Both the position numbers and the translations under genes were made by a program. A DNA stretch of 63,230 nucleotides, the filler included. It is 10 parts of 10 records of this genome, joined end to end, with 100 filler letters (N's around TTAATTAATTAA, not from the genome) between each part and the next. Parts side by side here need not be neighbours in the genome. Positions count along the whole stretch, not along the records: positions 17,815 to 24,149 come from SRR31147125_5561; positions 24,250 to 29,583 come from SRR31147125_5565; positions 29,684 to 34,899 come from SRR31147125_5572; 7 more parts are not named here. One strand, given 5' to 3'. This document shows, piece by piece, positions 20,259-31,853 of the stretch. How positions within the stretch are numbered: the stretch's first letter is position 1; the number at the start of each line of letters is the position of its first letter. The notes beneath the pieces were generated by a model, which saw only the letters and a program-made list of their open reading frames with translations, ran no database searches and had not been told where the DNA came from.

Positions 20259-23200
20259 ATGAAAAAAATTACGTTTCTTTTTTATTTGTTCTTTTCGGTT
20301 ACAACTGTTTTTTCGCAACAGAATCATGTTGTGACAGGTAATGTAACTGAATCTGTAAGTGGTGAGCCAATTCCTGGAGTAAGTGTTGTTGTTAAAGGCA
20401 CAACAACAGGTACAATCACTGACTTTGATGGTAACTACACAATTGAGACAGCTGGTACTGATGTGCTTGTGTTTAGTTTTGTGGGATTAGAAACCAAGGA
20501 GCTTGCAATTAATAATATGCGCACCTTAAATGTTTCTCTTCAGGAATCTACTGAGCTTGTTGATGAAGTGGTTGTGGTTGGTTATGGTACGTTAAAGGTG
20601 AAGGATTTAACTTCTTCAATTTCAACCGTAAAAGCTGATGATCTTATAAAAACACCAACTGGTCAGGCAATGCAGGCTTTGCAAGGAAAAGTTGCAGGAT
20701 TACAAGTTGTAAGTGCTGGTGCTCCGGGAGAAAGTCCAACCATTCGTGTACGAGGTATTGGTTCTTATCCTGGAAGGGGAAATGAAGATCCTTTATATGT
20801 TGTTGATGGTGTCTTTTTTGACAATATCGATTTTTTGAATACTGCAGATATTGCATCAATCTCGGTACTGAAGGATGCATCAGCTGCTGCTATTTATGGT
20901 GTTAGGGCTGCAAATGGAGTAGTGCTGATTGAAACTAAATCAGGCTCACATAATCAAAGTGCAGAGATTGTGTATAATGGTTATTATGGACATCAGATTG
21001 CTCAAAATGTATTAAAAATGGCAAATGCAGAGCAGTTCACAAACATGGCTTTAGAATCTGGATCAGCTGCTGATGCGAGTTTTATTTTAAATGCAATGCA
21101 GCGTTACGGGAGAAGTCGAGTTAATCCAAATGTACCTGATGTAAATACAGACTGGTATGACGAGATTATGCGAGTTGCTCCTATTCAAAACCATAGTTTA
21201 AGCGTTTCAGGTGGAAGTGAAAAAGCAACCTATTCCCTTGGCTCAAGCTATTTCTCGCAAGAAGGTATTTTGGATATGAAAAACGAATATGAGCGTTTTA
21301 ACCTTCGTTCAAAAATTGATTATCAGGCAAATGATTGGTTGAAAATGGGTGCAAATATGATTTTCAGCAATGCAACAAAATATTTACCGGAATCAGGTGC
21401 ATGGAATCAAGCTTACTTTGCAGTTCCAATTCTTCCAATTTATGATGAAGAAAACCTGGATGCCAATCCAGTTAATTATGCAAGTGCTCAGAGTATTGGT
21501 TATCGTGGTGGGCAAAACCCATTTCCAACTCTTGAATTTAACGAAAACAGACAAAAGATAAGAAAAGTGCTTGTTAATTTCTATGCTGAAGTTGACTTGC
21601 TTCCAAAGAAACTGAGCTTAAAAACAACCTATAACCAAAGCTTTACTTCAATTAATCAGCGGAATGTGAATTTACCATATTTTATTACAAATGGTTTTCA
21701 GCGAGCTGACGCTGCTGTTACTAAAAGGGTTGAAACATTTTCAAACCAAACTTGGGATAATGTTTTAACCTACAACGATATTTTTGGAGATCATAAACTA
21801 ACGGTTATGGCAGGTTCGTCGTATCGTGATGTGGCATGGGAAATGCTTACCGCAAAAGGATTAAACTTCCCAATTGATCAGGAAGAAGCGTGGTATATTG
21901 AACAATCGGAGACTGTTCCTTCTGAAGATGTTCATGATGACGGAACAAGACAATACGGAATGTCGTATTTCGGAAGGGTATCGTATAACTATAAGGACAA
22001 GTACCTGTTATACGGTACAATGAGAGCTGACGGCAGTTCTAAATATCAACAAAAGTGGGGTTATTTCCCAACAATTGGTGCCGGATGGGTAATTTCAGAA
22101 GAAACATTTTTAGAAAATGATGATGTGATCAATTTCCTTAAACTACGTGCTAGTTGGGGAGAACTTGGGAATGATAAAATTCAGGCAAGTGATGGTGCGT
22201 CAACAACAACTGTTGTTACAGGTGCTTTCGATGATACATTGCTATCTGGAAATACGACTTCAAATACATTCTCTTCATTGAAATGGGAGGTTACTGAAGA
22301 AACAAATGTTGGACTTACAGCTCACCTTTTTGACAGCAGGCTAACAGTTGATGCTGACTATTTTATTCGTGATACTAAAAATGCTGCGATTAACGTAATT
22401 ATCCCATCAATTGGAGGAAGTGTTTTGAAAAATGTTGGAGAAATAAGAAACTCTGGTTTTGAGCTGGCATTAAATTGGAGCAACCAGATATCAGCGGATC
22501 TTAGCTATAATGTTTCTGCTAACATATCAACTTTAAAGAATGAAGTAATCGATTTGTTTGGACAACCTCATATTGATGGTGGCTCGGCAGAGTTCCGTCA
22601 GCGATCAATTGTAGGTGAACCACTATTGGCTTTCTTCGGTCGTGAAGTGTTAGGTGTTTACCAAAATGAAGCTGAAATACAAGCAGACCCAATTGCTGTA
22701 GCCAACAATCTAGAACCGGGAGATTTTATTTATAAAGACCAAAATAACGATGGAGAAGTAGATGATGATGACCGTGTTGTTTTAGGTTCTTATTTTCCTA
22801 CGTTCATGTATGGCTTTAATTTGGGGATTAACTACAAAGACTTTGAGTTCTCGACAAGCATAATGGGGCAATCAGGAAACAAAATATTGAACCGGAAGCG
22901 TGGTCAGTTAATTTGGACGAATGATGGTAACCTTGATGCTGATCTGGCAATAAATCGTTGGCATGGAGAAGGAACCTCGAATAAATATCCTTCGTCTAAA
23001 GGCCTGCGAAAAGGATGGAACCAGAAAATGAGTGACTACTTTGTAGAAGATGGTTCATTCTTCAGAATTCAAAATATTCAACTTGCATATAATATTAGGG
23101 GAAAAATTGGTTCGGAGCTCAAATTCCTGAATCCAGAATTTCCTTAACTGCAGAGCGCCCTCTTACTGTATTTAACTACAATGGATTTAACCCTGAAGTT

Positions 23201-23272
23201 GCAAACGGGATTGATATGCAAACATATCCTGTTCCGGCGGTATATACAATTGGGCTGAATGTTAAATTTTAA
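20259..23272 (+). CDS. susC: SusC/RagA TonB-dependent receptor, frameshift at A run ~23102
   Basis: VLKDASAAAIYGVRAANGV plug motif; adding one A restores ...YPVPAVYTIGLNVKF*. Confidence 0.92.
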
Positions 23273-23291
23273 TTTTTAAAGAGTAATTATT

Positions 23292-24149
23292 ATGAAACTA
23301 TTAAAATATTCTATAAAGCTCACTCTTATTGCAGTTATGCTTTTTGCAGCAACAGCCTGTGAGGACATTTTAGATGAGCCGGCTGAAAATAAATCATTTA
23401 CTGATGAAACTGATTATACCATTTCTGATGATATGATTCTACCTCTTCTAGGTGCATATTCTGAATTTTATTCACGTGGTTGGGAAGAATTTCCATTGCT
23501 AGCCGTTAGAGGTGATGATGTGAATGCCGGTGGTTTAGGCGATCAACAAGATTATGCTGAAACAGATAAGTTTAATTACAATAAAGATTATTGGATGTAT
23601 AATTCTTTGTGGCAGAATTATTATCGTGATATGTACCATGCATATTCATCGCAAGATCAAATTGAGTTGTACAAAGAAAATGGGGCAAATGCATCATTGG
23701 CCGATCAGTATATTGCTGAAACAAAAGTGTTACGTGCTTGGTATCTGTTCAATTTAGCACGTGTATGGGGAGAAATATTAATCCCTACTAGTTCTGATCC
23801 TTCAGATCTGCTAGTTGCCGAATTAGTTTCTAAAGTAGAGGTAATGCAGTTTATTTCAGATATGATGGATGAAGCAACGCCATCTTTGACCGATAGCCAC
23901 CCAAATCAACGAACTGATGTTCCTGGAGGTGTAACCAAGTACACGGCTCTTGCTTTGAAAGCATTAGCAAACCTTGAAATGAAAAATTACCAAGGGGTTG
24001 CAGATGCTACTTCACAAATAATTAGTTCGGGAAGGTTTGCCTTGGAAACTGATTTTTACGAGTTATTCAAAATTCCGGGTAAATTAAGTAATGAGAATAT
24101 TCTTGAACTGCAATATTCTGACTTTGGGCAGGGGGCTGGTGATCAAAAA
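23292..24149 (+). CDS. susD: SusD/RagB lipoprotein (3' partial)
   Basis: Lipobox ATAC, follows susC, LRAWYLFNLARVWG. Confidence 0.9.
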
Positions 24150-24257
24150 NNNNNNNNNNNNNNNNNNNNNNNNNNNNNNNNNNNNNNNNNNNNTTAATTA
24201 ATTAANNNNNNNNNNNNNNNNNNNNNNNNNNNNNNNNNNNNNNNNNNNNCACTGTAG

Positions 24258-24282
24258 TGATCGTGATCGTGATCGTGATCGT
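24258..24282 (+). repeat. (TGATCG)n microsatellite
   Basis: About four tandem copies near the contig edge. Confidence 0.8.
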
Positions 24283-24648
24283 AGTTGTTGCCAATACTCA
24301 TGAAAACGTTGTGTGGGGGGACTGAGACCTGATTTCGCTCTATCGAGTATGAACGGTTATGAACGGACCGGTCCACTCACGTTCCCAGACAATGAACGGA
24401 CAATGAACTGCCACGAACTGTCACGAACTGTCACGCGGACGCTAATCTGCCTGTCGCGTGGACCTGTCGTCTACGTCCTGAGTGCATGTCAGTGTGAAGA
24501 AGGCGTTGTGATATGTCTTTCCCAGGAAGTATTGGAGATTGTAACGAGATACACATCTCAGTAATCTGCGTTTAGAAGAAGAACCCGCGGCACGGGAGGC
24601 GAACATACAGCCACGGAGGGAATAGGAGGGGAACAACACAGTGGAGGC

Positions 24649-26848
24649 TCACAATTCATCATGACCAAAGTCCTCCTCGTCGTCTTCCTCGTCCCCGTAT
24701 CCTGCAGGACCACCTCCTTGCTCTTGATAAATCTTGGTGATGATGGGATTGGCAACCTTTTCAATTTCCTTCAGCTTGGATTCGTATTCCTCCTTCTCGG
24801 CATCCATATTGTCTTCCAACCACTCCAAGGCATCATTGACCGCCTCAGTAATAGAAGCCTTATCCTCGTCGGAAATCTTGCTTCCAATGTTCTCCTCATC
24901 CTCCACCGTGTTCTTCATGGTGTAGCAGTAGTTCTCCAGTTGATTCTTGGCATTGATCTTGTCTCGCAACTCTTTGTCCTCTTCCGCAAACCGCTCGGCC
25001 TCCTCCACCATGCGCTGAATCTCCTCCTCTGATAAACGTCCCTTCTCTGCCTTGATCACAATCTTCTCACTCTTACCCGTCCCTTTGTCTTGAGCCATCA
25101 CTTGCAAGATTCCATTGGAGTCAATCTCGAAAGTAACTTCAATTTGAGGAACACCGCGCGGGGCCGGAGGAATCCCTGTCAAATCGAACTTGCCCAGCAA
25201 GTGATTATCCTTTGTCATGGCTCGTTCTCCCTCGAACACTTGAATCAGAACGGCCGGCTGATTGTCTTGGTAGGTGGAGAAGACTTGGGACTTCTTGGTG
25301 GGGTAGACTGTATTCCGTGTGATGAGCTTGGTGAACACACCGCCCACAGTCTCAATGCCCAGAGACAGAGGAGTTACGTCCAGAAGCAAAATGTCCTTTG
25401 TCAACTCGTCATCCTCCTTCGAAAGGATTCCACCCTGAACAGCCGCTCCATAGGCAACGGCCTCGTCGGGGTTGACGCCCTTGTTGGGTTCTTTCCCGTT
25501 GAAAAAGTCCTTGATGAGTTGCTGAATCTTAGGAATGCGCGTCGAGCCACCCACAAGGACAATCTCGTCAATTTGCTCCTTTCGCATTCCTGAATCGTCC
25601 AAAACATTCTGGATTGGCTTCAAAATCTTCTTAAACAGGTCCATGTTGAGCTCCTCGAACTTTGCACGTGTGAGGGTTTCGGACAAATCAATTCCGTCCA
25701 GCAACGACTCGACTTCCACGCGAACTTGGTGAGTGGTCGACAGGGCACACTTGGCACGCTCGGCCTCACGCTTCAACTTCTGTGTAGCGCGTCGATCCTT
25801 GAAGATATCCTTGTTGTGTTTCTTCTGGAACAGCCGTCGGAAATGGTCCATGATCCGCTGATCAAAGTCCTCGCCCCCGAGGTGAAGGTCTCCACTTGTC
25901 GCAATAACTTCAAAGATTCCACTATCAATGGTCAAAAGCGACACGTCGTACGTGCCGCCACCCAGATCCGTGACGATAATGTTCAGCTCCGCGGTGGCTC
26001 CCTTCTTATCCAGACCGTAGGCGATTGCCGCGGCGGTCGGTTCATTGAGAAGGCGCATCACGTTCAATCCTGCAATTGTACCCCCATCCTTGGTTGCCTG
26101 ACGTTCAAACGAAGGTTGAGGGGGACGAGAAGGGAAAAGCAGGGACCCTAGCTGCGTACCTGCCGCTGGGCGTCGTTGAAGTAGGCGGGACATGTCACGA
26201 CAGCGTTTCGGATTTTCTTTCCCAGAAACGCTTCCGCCGTCTCCTTCATCTTCGTAAGCACCATGGAAGAGATTTCCTCAGGAGAGAACACTTTCTTCTC
26301 GCCCTTAAACTTGACTTCCACGTATGGTTTCTTGTCTCGGTTCACAAGTTTGAAAGGATAGATCTTTCGATCGCGCTGAACTTCGGCGTCGTCCCACGTG
26401 CGACCAATGACACGTTTGATGTCGTACACCGTATTCTCTGGATTAAGGGCCCCTTGATTCTTGGCCGCCTCTCCAATGAGACGTTCAGCATCCGTAAACG
26501 CAACCCACGATGGTGTGATGCGGTTCCCTTGGTCGTGGCAATGATGTCCACACGTCCGTTCCGGTAGATGCCAACCACCTTCGTACGAGAGTCAGGGATG
26601 GCCAAGACAAGAACCCAAACCATATACCAACCGAGTACGTAGTTCCCAAGTCAATCCCTACGACGGTCCCAACGGGTTCATCACTTCCCGACTCGTTGTT
26701 GTCCTCTTTGGCAAGGACGAATGCCGTCACAGCCAAAAAACAAATTACTATAGTTGTGGATGTGTGAGAGAGACGCGTCGTTGTCTTACACACGCGTACA
26801 CACACGCGTACACACACACGCACACAGCACAAACTGCCCAGGCTTCAT
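24649..26848 (-). CDS. BiP: Eukaryotic ER Hsp70 (BiP), 4 exons: 26848-26824, 26747-26632, 26578-26160, 26097-24649
   Basis: Signal peptide [31 protein letters not shown]-terminal HDEL; three GT-AG introns of 76, 53 and 62 nt; one missing A near 26537 (IIANDQG). Confidence 0.9.
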
Positions 26849-27019
26849 CAAAGGAACAAGAGATGGCAAACAAGCAAACAAGCAAACAAGCAACAACAGA
26901 AAGAAAGGAAGTAGTGGTGAGGAAAGTGAGGAAACGTGTGAAGCAGCCCCTCCATCAAACACAAGGACAACGTCAGAGGCCTCTTTTCCAAATATGGAAA
27001 TGGACATAGGAAGATAGAA

Positions 27020-28685
27020 TCAGCTGATTGTGCCACCTTCATTTTCTGCTGCTTCTACTGCTTCTACTGCTTCTACTGCTTCTGCTGCCGTATCAATGAA
27101 GTCCCACAAGGAAACTTTCCGTTCATATTCCAGCTGTGTTCCTCAACCCGTTAATAGCATCAACCAAACAAGAGGAAGGACATACCTCGCCATCGGAACC
27201 CATGTATCGACGTGGTCGTGTGTCAGGAGCGGATCCATCCTTCAGGGCGTGTTTGTAGAAGCATGATGTTCCTGTAGAGTCATTTCTCTGGTCATTACGC
27301 ACCGATTCGTCCCCATCCACCATCGCCGTCGCACCAAACGGACATGTGCCTTCTCCTTCGGCAAAGTATTTGCAGGGAATCTTGCTCATCCTCCCATAAT
27401 AGGCGTCCACTACCTTTGCCTTTTCGTCTCCCGTCACATATTGATCCGATGGAATGACGAAATGGGACTCCACACGACAAACGGGACACGCGCGCACGAC
27501 CTCCTTGTTCTGACCATACGAACTACGCCACGCCCGAATGCATTCCAGGCAAAAGGAGTGATCACAGTTATCTGAGAGTGTGTGTGAGCAGCAATGGTGT
27601 GACAGAGAACGCCACCACACCCAACGTACTCAAAAGACCAAAGCGGCGATGATTGGCCTTCACGAATTCATAGCAAATCCCACACTCCACGTCACTTCGT
27701 TCTCGATCTCGCTCCTAGTGTAGATTCAACGTGAACCCCCACAGGCATAACTACGCCATTCTGCGTACAATTTCCACCTTCTCAACGCACGCCGCCAAAT
27801 GCGCTACACAATTCCATTGTGATCAATCCTCGTCTGTCCGTCTGTCTGTCTGTCTTCACGTACCTTCATTGCCTACAGGATCTGTTGGATTAATCACAGG
27901 TCGTCGACACGAGGGACACTCTTCTCCGTGAATCAGATAACAACGAGTGCCGTAGCGACAGTTTCCCACAATGTTATAAGGACACAACTTCACCTGCCAT
28001 CGTCGTCGTCGTCGTCGTCGTGAACACGCGCCAACCACCACCACCATCACCTCTCTTTCGCTTCGTACCACTTGACTCGTCGGAGTGGGGGACAAAGAAG
28101 GGGGCGGAGGAGCCTTGGGTGTAGAGGCGGGACTCACGTCTCCTGTTCCGGTCTTGGCAACCTCAGCCCACGACGATAGAACCGAAGCAGACGTGGGGAT
28201 AGCTGGTTCACCCCATAGCGAGCTATACGTTTGGGGTCCCCGTGACAGGGAAACCCATCCATCCGGAGGAGACGAGGAAGAGGAAGACCCCAACGCACTG
28301 TAAGGGGGGAGGGTTCGACAGTTGGGGTGAACGGCGTGGGGAAGAGGACGGGTGAGAGGCCTCCTGCTGTGGTGAAGGCTGATGCGTAGGAGGGAGACCC
28401 AGCCGAAAGCCCCGCCGTTGTCCTGACGGGAACAGACGAGCGCGGCAACCCCGAAGAGGAACCAGCAGAGAGCGCACATGCTTCGACTCCCGTCATCCTT
28501 CTGCTTGCTCCCTCCCACCCTTGTACCCGTTCAGTGTACGGCAAGGGGACGTGCGTGAGGGCTTCTTCGTCATCGTCCAGTCCCAATCCAATTGAGAGCT
28601 CTGCCAGCGACGGCAATCGAACGTCCTCCTCCTCTGAAGGTGCAGGGGCATGGGGCGGCCGCCAGTGTGCGGTGGCGTCCTCCAT
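27020..28685 (-). CDS. MKRN: Makorin-like E3 ubiquitin ligase (CCCH + RING + CCCH), multi-exon, start approximate
   Basis: CPYNIVGNCRYGTRCYLIH; CGICYE...RFGLL.NCDHSFCLECIRAW..CPVCR; CKYF..GEGTCPFG.SCFYKH across short GT-AG introns. Confidence 0.85.
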
Positions 28686-28774
28686 GCGCAATGCCCGGAT
28701 CCAGAGAAGGGAAATGGGGATGATCTCTTTCTTTCCTTGCTCTATGTGCATTCGATCCGATCCGGCGCACAACC

Positions 28775-29583
28775 TTACACAGGAGTGCGCCCCACAAGAT
28801 AGAACGTGTGCATGGGACCCTTGCCCTTGACGTCTACCTCTCCTCGGTCCTCAAAAACAAAACGACCCGGACAACGTAATTCAAGTAAGTGTCGATAGGT
28901 GTGTGTCACCTGAGAGTCGTCATATACTTCCCTCCCGCCCGTACGTACTCAGAGACACACCTGGATCTTCCCGGGTTCCGAATGACTTTCCATTCGACTT
29001 GCTGTGTTCACAGGATCACCCCAAAGATCCCAAGCAATCGTACTCTTTCCGATTACTACACCAGGCAGGGGTCAGATAACCATCACACCGTCAACAACAA
29101 CATCATCATCATCACACCTCCTGCTACAACAGGGCCACATGCAATCCCCACACGCATGCTGAAGTGGTGGTCGTTCAGAGCGGGTGGCAATTCAATGTGA
29201 TTCAAACGATCCATCATCTGCACTCGACCACCCGTGTCAGAGGTGTATCCCATCTCTCATCTCTCATCTCTCATCTCTCTGCACGAACGGTCAGTGCCAT
29301 CTCAGCCATAATCTCCGCATGATCCTCTCGAGGATCAGGAACGCCTATGGCCCCCATCCACGAATCCCCTATTGTTTTCACTTTCAACACGCCCAGTTGG
29401 CATGCCGTCGAGTCAAAATCCGAGTAGATGCGATTCAAAACATCCACAACGGTTTCCGGTACAATGCGAGACGAAAGAGATGTGAAGCCCACCAGATCAG
29501 CGAACATGATGCTTACATCCTGTGTCATGGCACCAACCCAAGTCAATGGTTGGTTTCTCTTTTTCTTTTCTTTTCTTTTCTTT
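28775..29583 (-). CDS. Class III nucleotidyl cyclase catalytic domain (adenylyl type), multi-exon, 5' partial
   Basis: [60 protein letters not shown]. Confidence 0.85.
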
Positions 29584-29752
29584 NNNNNNNNNNNNNNNNN
29601 NNNNNNNNNNNNNNNNNNNNNNNNNNNTTAATTAATTAANNNNNNNNNNNNNNNNNNNNNNNNNNNNNNNNNNNNNNNNNNNNTTTTCCGGGGACGGTTT
29701 AATGGCTACTGCACGGACACGGGGGGCTTCTGCAGCCCCTGTGTCCGTGCCA

Positions 29753-30418
29753 TCAGTAAGTCCTGAACTTGACCCAGCTGGGGTCCGTGTGGAGCAACAC
29801 ACCAATCTTAGGATGCTGCTTGTCGGGATCCGACTCACCGGACTCTTCAGGTTTGTATTTCGGACCATTGGCGTCCATTGCCATCTGCCTGCTGTCGGGA
29901 ACGTAAAACTCCACGCCGTCAGAGAAAACAAAATCGATCTGGTACGATTTGTCATCGAGCCACCTCGGAAGCGGGAATTTTCGGTGCCAGTACGGCCACG
30001 AACTACCGTGGATCTTCGTCCACCACAACCTGTCCCGATCATCCCCGGAGGCATTGGGATTTCCACCCCAGTTGATCGTCGTCCACTCAGATTCCACAGC
30101 GGCGGACGAAGCTGCATCTTCCTGCTGGGCATCGGTGCTGTCCGCAGTTGCGCTTTCAGTGGTTGATGCCGTCGCTCCTTGGATCTCTGCTTCAGCCTGT
30201 TCAATGGCCTTTACCAGCTCTTCGGTAAATCCACTCGTGGTTGCATGAGCCGGAAGGGCACCAAACTCGATCAGAGGAGTGGTCCACCTGTCGGGCAGCA
30301 GACTGCAGCCGGTTAACGCGGCTGTACCCACTGCCAGTTTTTTAATGACGACTCGTCGATTGCTCTGTACGGAAAGGGAGGGATTACTGCTCTGGGGGCT
30401 GTCGTTGATCGTTGCCAC
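29753..30418 (-). CDS. Exported protein with Tat-like leader and WxxP...LPAHA motif
   Basis: NRRVVIKKLAVGTAALTGCSLLPDRWTTPLIEFGALPAHATTS; GAGG RBS before GTG. Confidence 0.65.
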   Translation of the reverse strand: MATINDSPQSSNPSLSVQSNRRVVIKKLAVGTAALTGCSLLPDRWTTPLIEFGALPAHATTSGFTEELVKAIEQAEAEIQGATASTTESATADSTDAQQEDAASSAAVESEWTTINWGGNPNASGDDRDRLWWTKIHGSSWPYWHRKFPLPRWLDDKSYQIDFVFSDGVEFYVPDSRQMAMDANGPKYKPEESGESDPDKQHPKIGVLLHTDPSWVKFRTY

Positions 30419-30640
30419 TGTAACCTCTTACTGTAGTTAATCTCGTATCCTGGGCGATCACGGCAAATATTGAAGGGAAGATACCTGATTTGTAGAGAAA
30501 AGCAACCATAAGATTCGTGTATGACATTGAAAAAACAGTAAAAATTAAACTAACAGGGCAAGCACCACAACGTATTACCGGTTATTTATTTAATATTTTC
30601 AACAACTTGCGTCGGGCAAAAAACGGTGGTATCGTATTGA

Positions 30641-31096
30641 CTATTCCTCTGAAGTTTCGGGAACCTGGACCATAATCACCCGACCAACAGCGCACACTGT
30701 CTGCGCAGCTTTCAACGATAAATCGACCGTTACTTTACGCCCTTTGATCTCCACGACCCTTCCCCGCACTTCCAGTTCCACCCCCAGGGGGGTCGGCTTG
30801 AGATAATCGACCGTGAGTGACGCGGTAACAAACCTGTTTACCGTTTCACCCATTGCCCTGGCCTTGGCGGCAGCCGCGGTTCCGGCACCATGGCAGTCCA
30901 TGATCGAGGCGATCATCCCGCCATAGAGAAAACCCGGGAATCCCCCACTGTAATGCTGTTTCGGCGTATGTCGGCAGACGCTTTCATCACCGTCCCAGTA
31001 GCTCTTGAGGTGCAGACCGTGCGGATTATTGCGGCCGCACCCGAAACAATGCGCATAATCGTCGGGGTATTGATCCTGAAAAGCCTGCTCTGTCAT
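30641..31096 (-). CDS. PaaI / hotdog-fold thioesterase
   Basis: CFGCG.NNPHGL, YGGMIASIMDCH, TASLTVDYLKPTP. Confidence 0.88.
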   Translation of the reverse strand: MTEQAFQDQYPDDYAHCFGCGRNNPHGLHLKSYWDGDESVCRHTPKQHYSGGFPGFLYGGMIASIMDCHGAGTAAAAKARAMGETVNRFVTASLTVDYLKPTPLGVELEVRGRVVEIKGRKVTVDLSLKAAQTVCAVGRVIMVQVPETSEE

Positions 31097-31283
31097 ACCA
31101 TTACCTCGCAAAGTGGGGTATCTGACGGCCATGGTCGATCACCGCCGTGTCCGTTTCTGTGTTTCGTTGCAGGAGTGGTCATCACCAATAAAATGCATAT
31201 AGATACCAATGCCGGTACCTTTTCATTTCACAACATACGGGAACTCTGAATAATAACACAACCAACCTTGAAATCAGCTTATT

Positions 31284-31766
31284 ATGAACCATCAGAAAGA
31301 CGACGACAAACAAAGAGAGGAAAGCGGTTCCACCACCCTGGATACCTTTTACACGGAACTCGGGCAGACGTACCAATCGATCGCCGGAAGTGCCCAGCCG
31401 CCCATTGCAAAGCTGGGGCTGTTCGCTACACGGTCGCTGCAGCTTTTCGAAACCAGGCAGGAACATTTTGCAGAAAACCCGGAAACGATGATCGGCCCCT
31501 TCACCGGGAACCATCAATCGTGGTTGAGCACCCAATGCGCGTTGTTCGCCGAAACCATCGGTAATGCGGTCACAGGTGGGAAGTTGAGACCAATTGACAC
31601 CGAACGTGCCGGTATGCTGTTTCTCAACGCGATTTTCGGGCTTATGCTCCGCCGCGTTCACCTGGATGTGGCGGAAAGCATCGAAGATGATGTGCGCGGT
31701 CTGATCGATATCTTTCTGAACGGACTCACCCGGTCACGGATACCGGTCCCGGTCAAGCCGGCCTGA
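31284..31766 (+). CDS. TetR C-terminal-like domain protein without an HTH
   Basis: AVTGGKLRPID...FLNAIFG...IDIFLNGL resembles a TetR ligand domain. Confidence 0.5.
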   Translation: MNHQKDDDKQREESGSTTLDTFYTELGQTYQSIAGSAQPPIAKLGLFATRSLQLFETRQEHFAENPETMIGPFTGNHQSWLSTQCALFAETIGNAVTGGKLRPIDTERAGMLFLNAIFGLMLRRVHLDVAESIEDDVRGLIDIFLNGLTRSRIPVPVKPA

Positions 31767-31774
31767 GAAACATA

Positions 31775-31809
31775 CAAAAAGGGAGCGTTCAGACTTAGCT
31801 GAACGCTCC
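31775..31809 (-). terminator. Rho-independent terminator downstream of the octaheme gene
   Basis: 11-bp stem GGAGCGTTCAG/CTGAACGCTCC followed by CTTTTT on the minus strand. Confidence 0.8.
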
Positions 31810-31853
31810 TGGCAAACCGGCTCATATTCCAGGCCGGCACACTCCATACCTGA

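Noticed and set aside
24649-26848. Horizontal transfer of eukaryotic BiP into a bacterium
   Set aside because: It has spliceosomal introns and lies on its own linker-bounded eukaryotic contig
27048-27082. 9-bp tandem repeat
   Set aside because: Encodes the low-complexity (AVE)n tail of makorin
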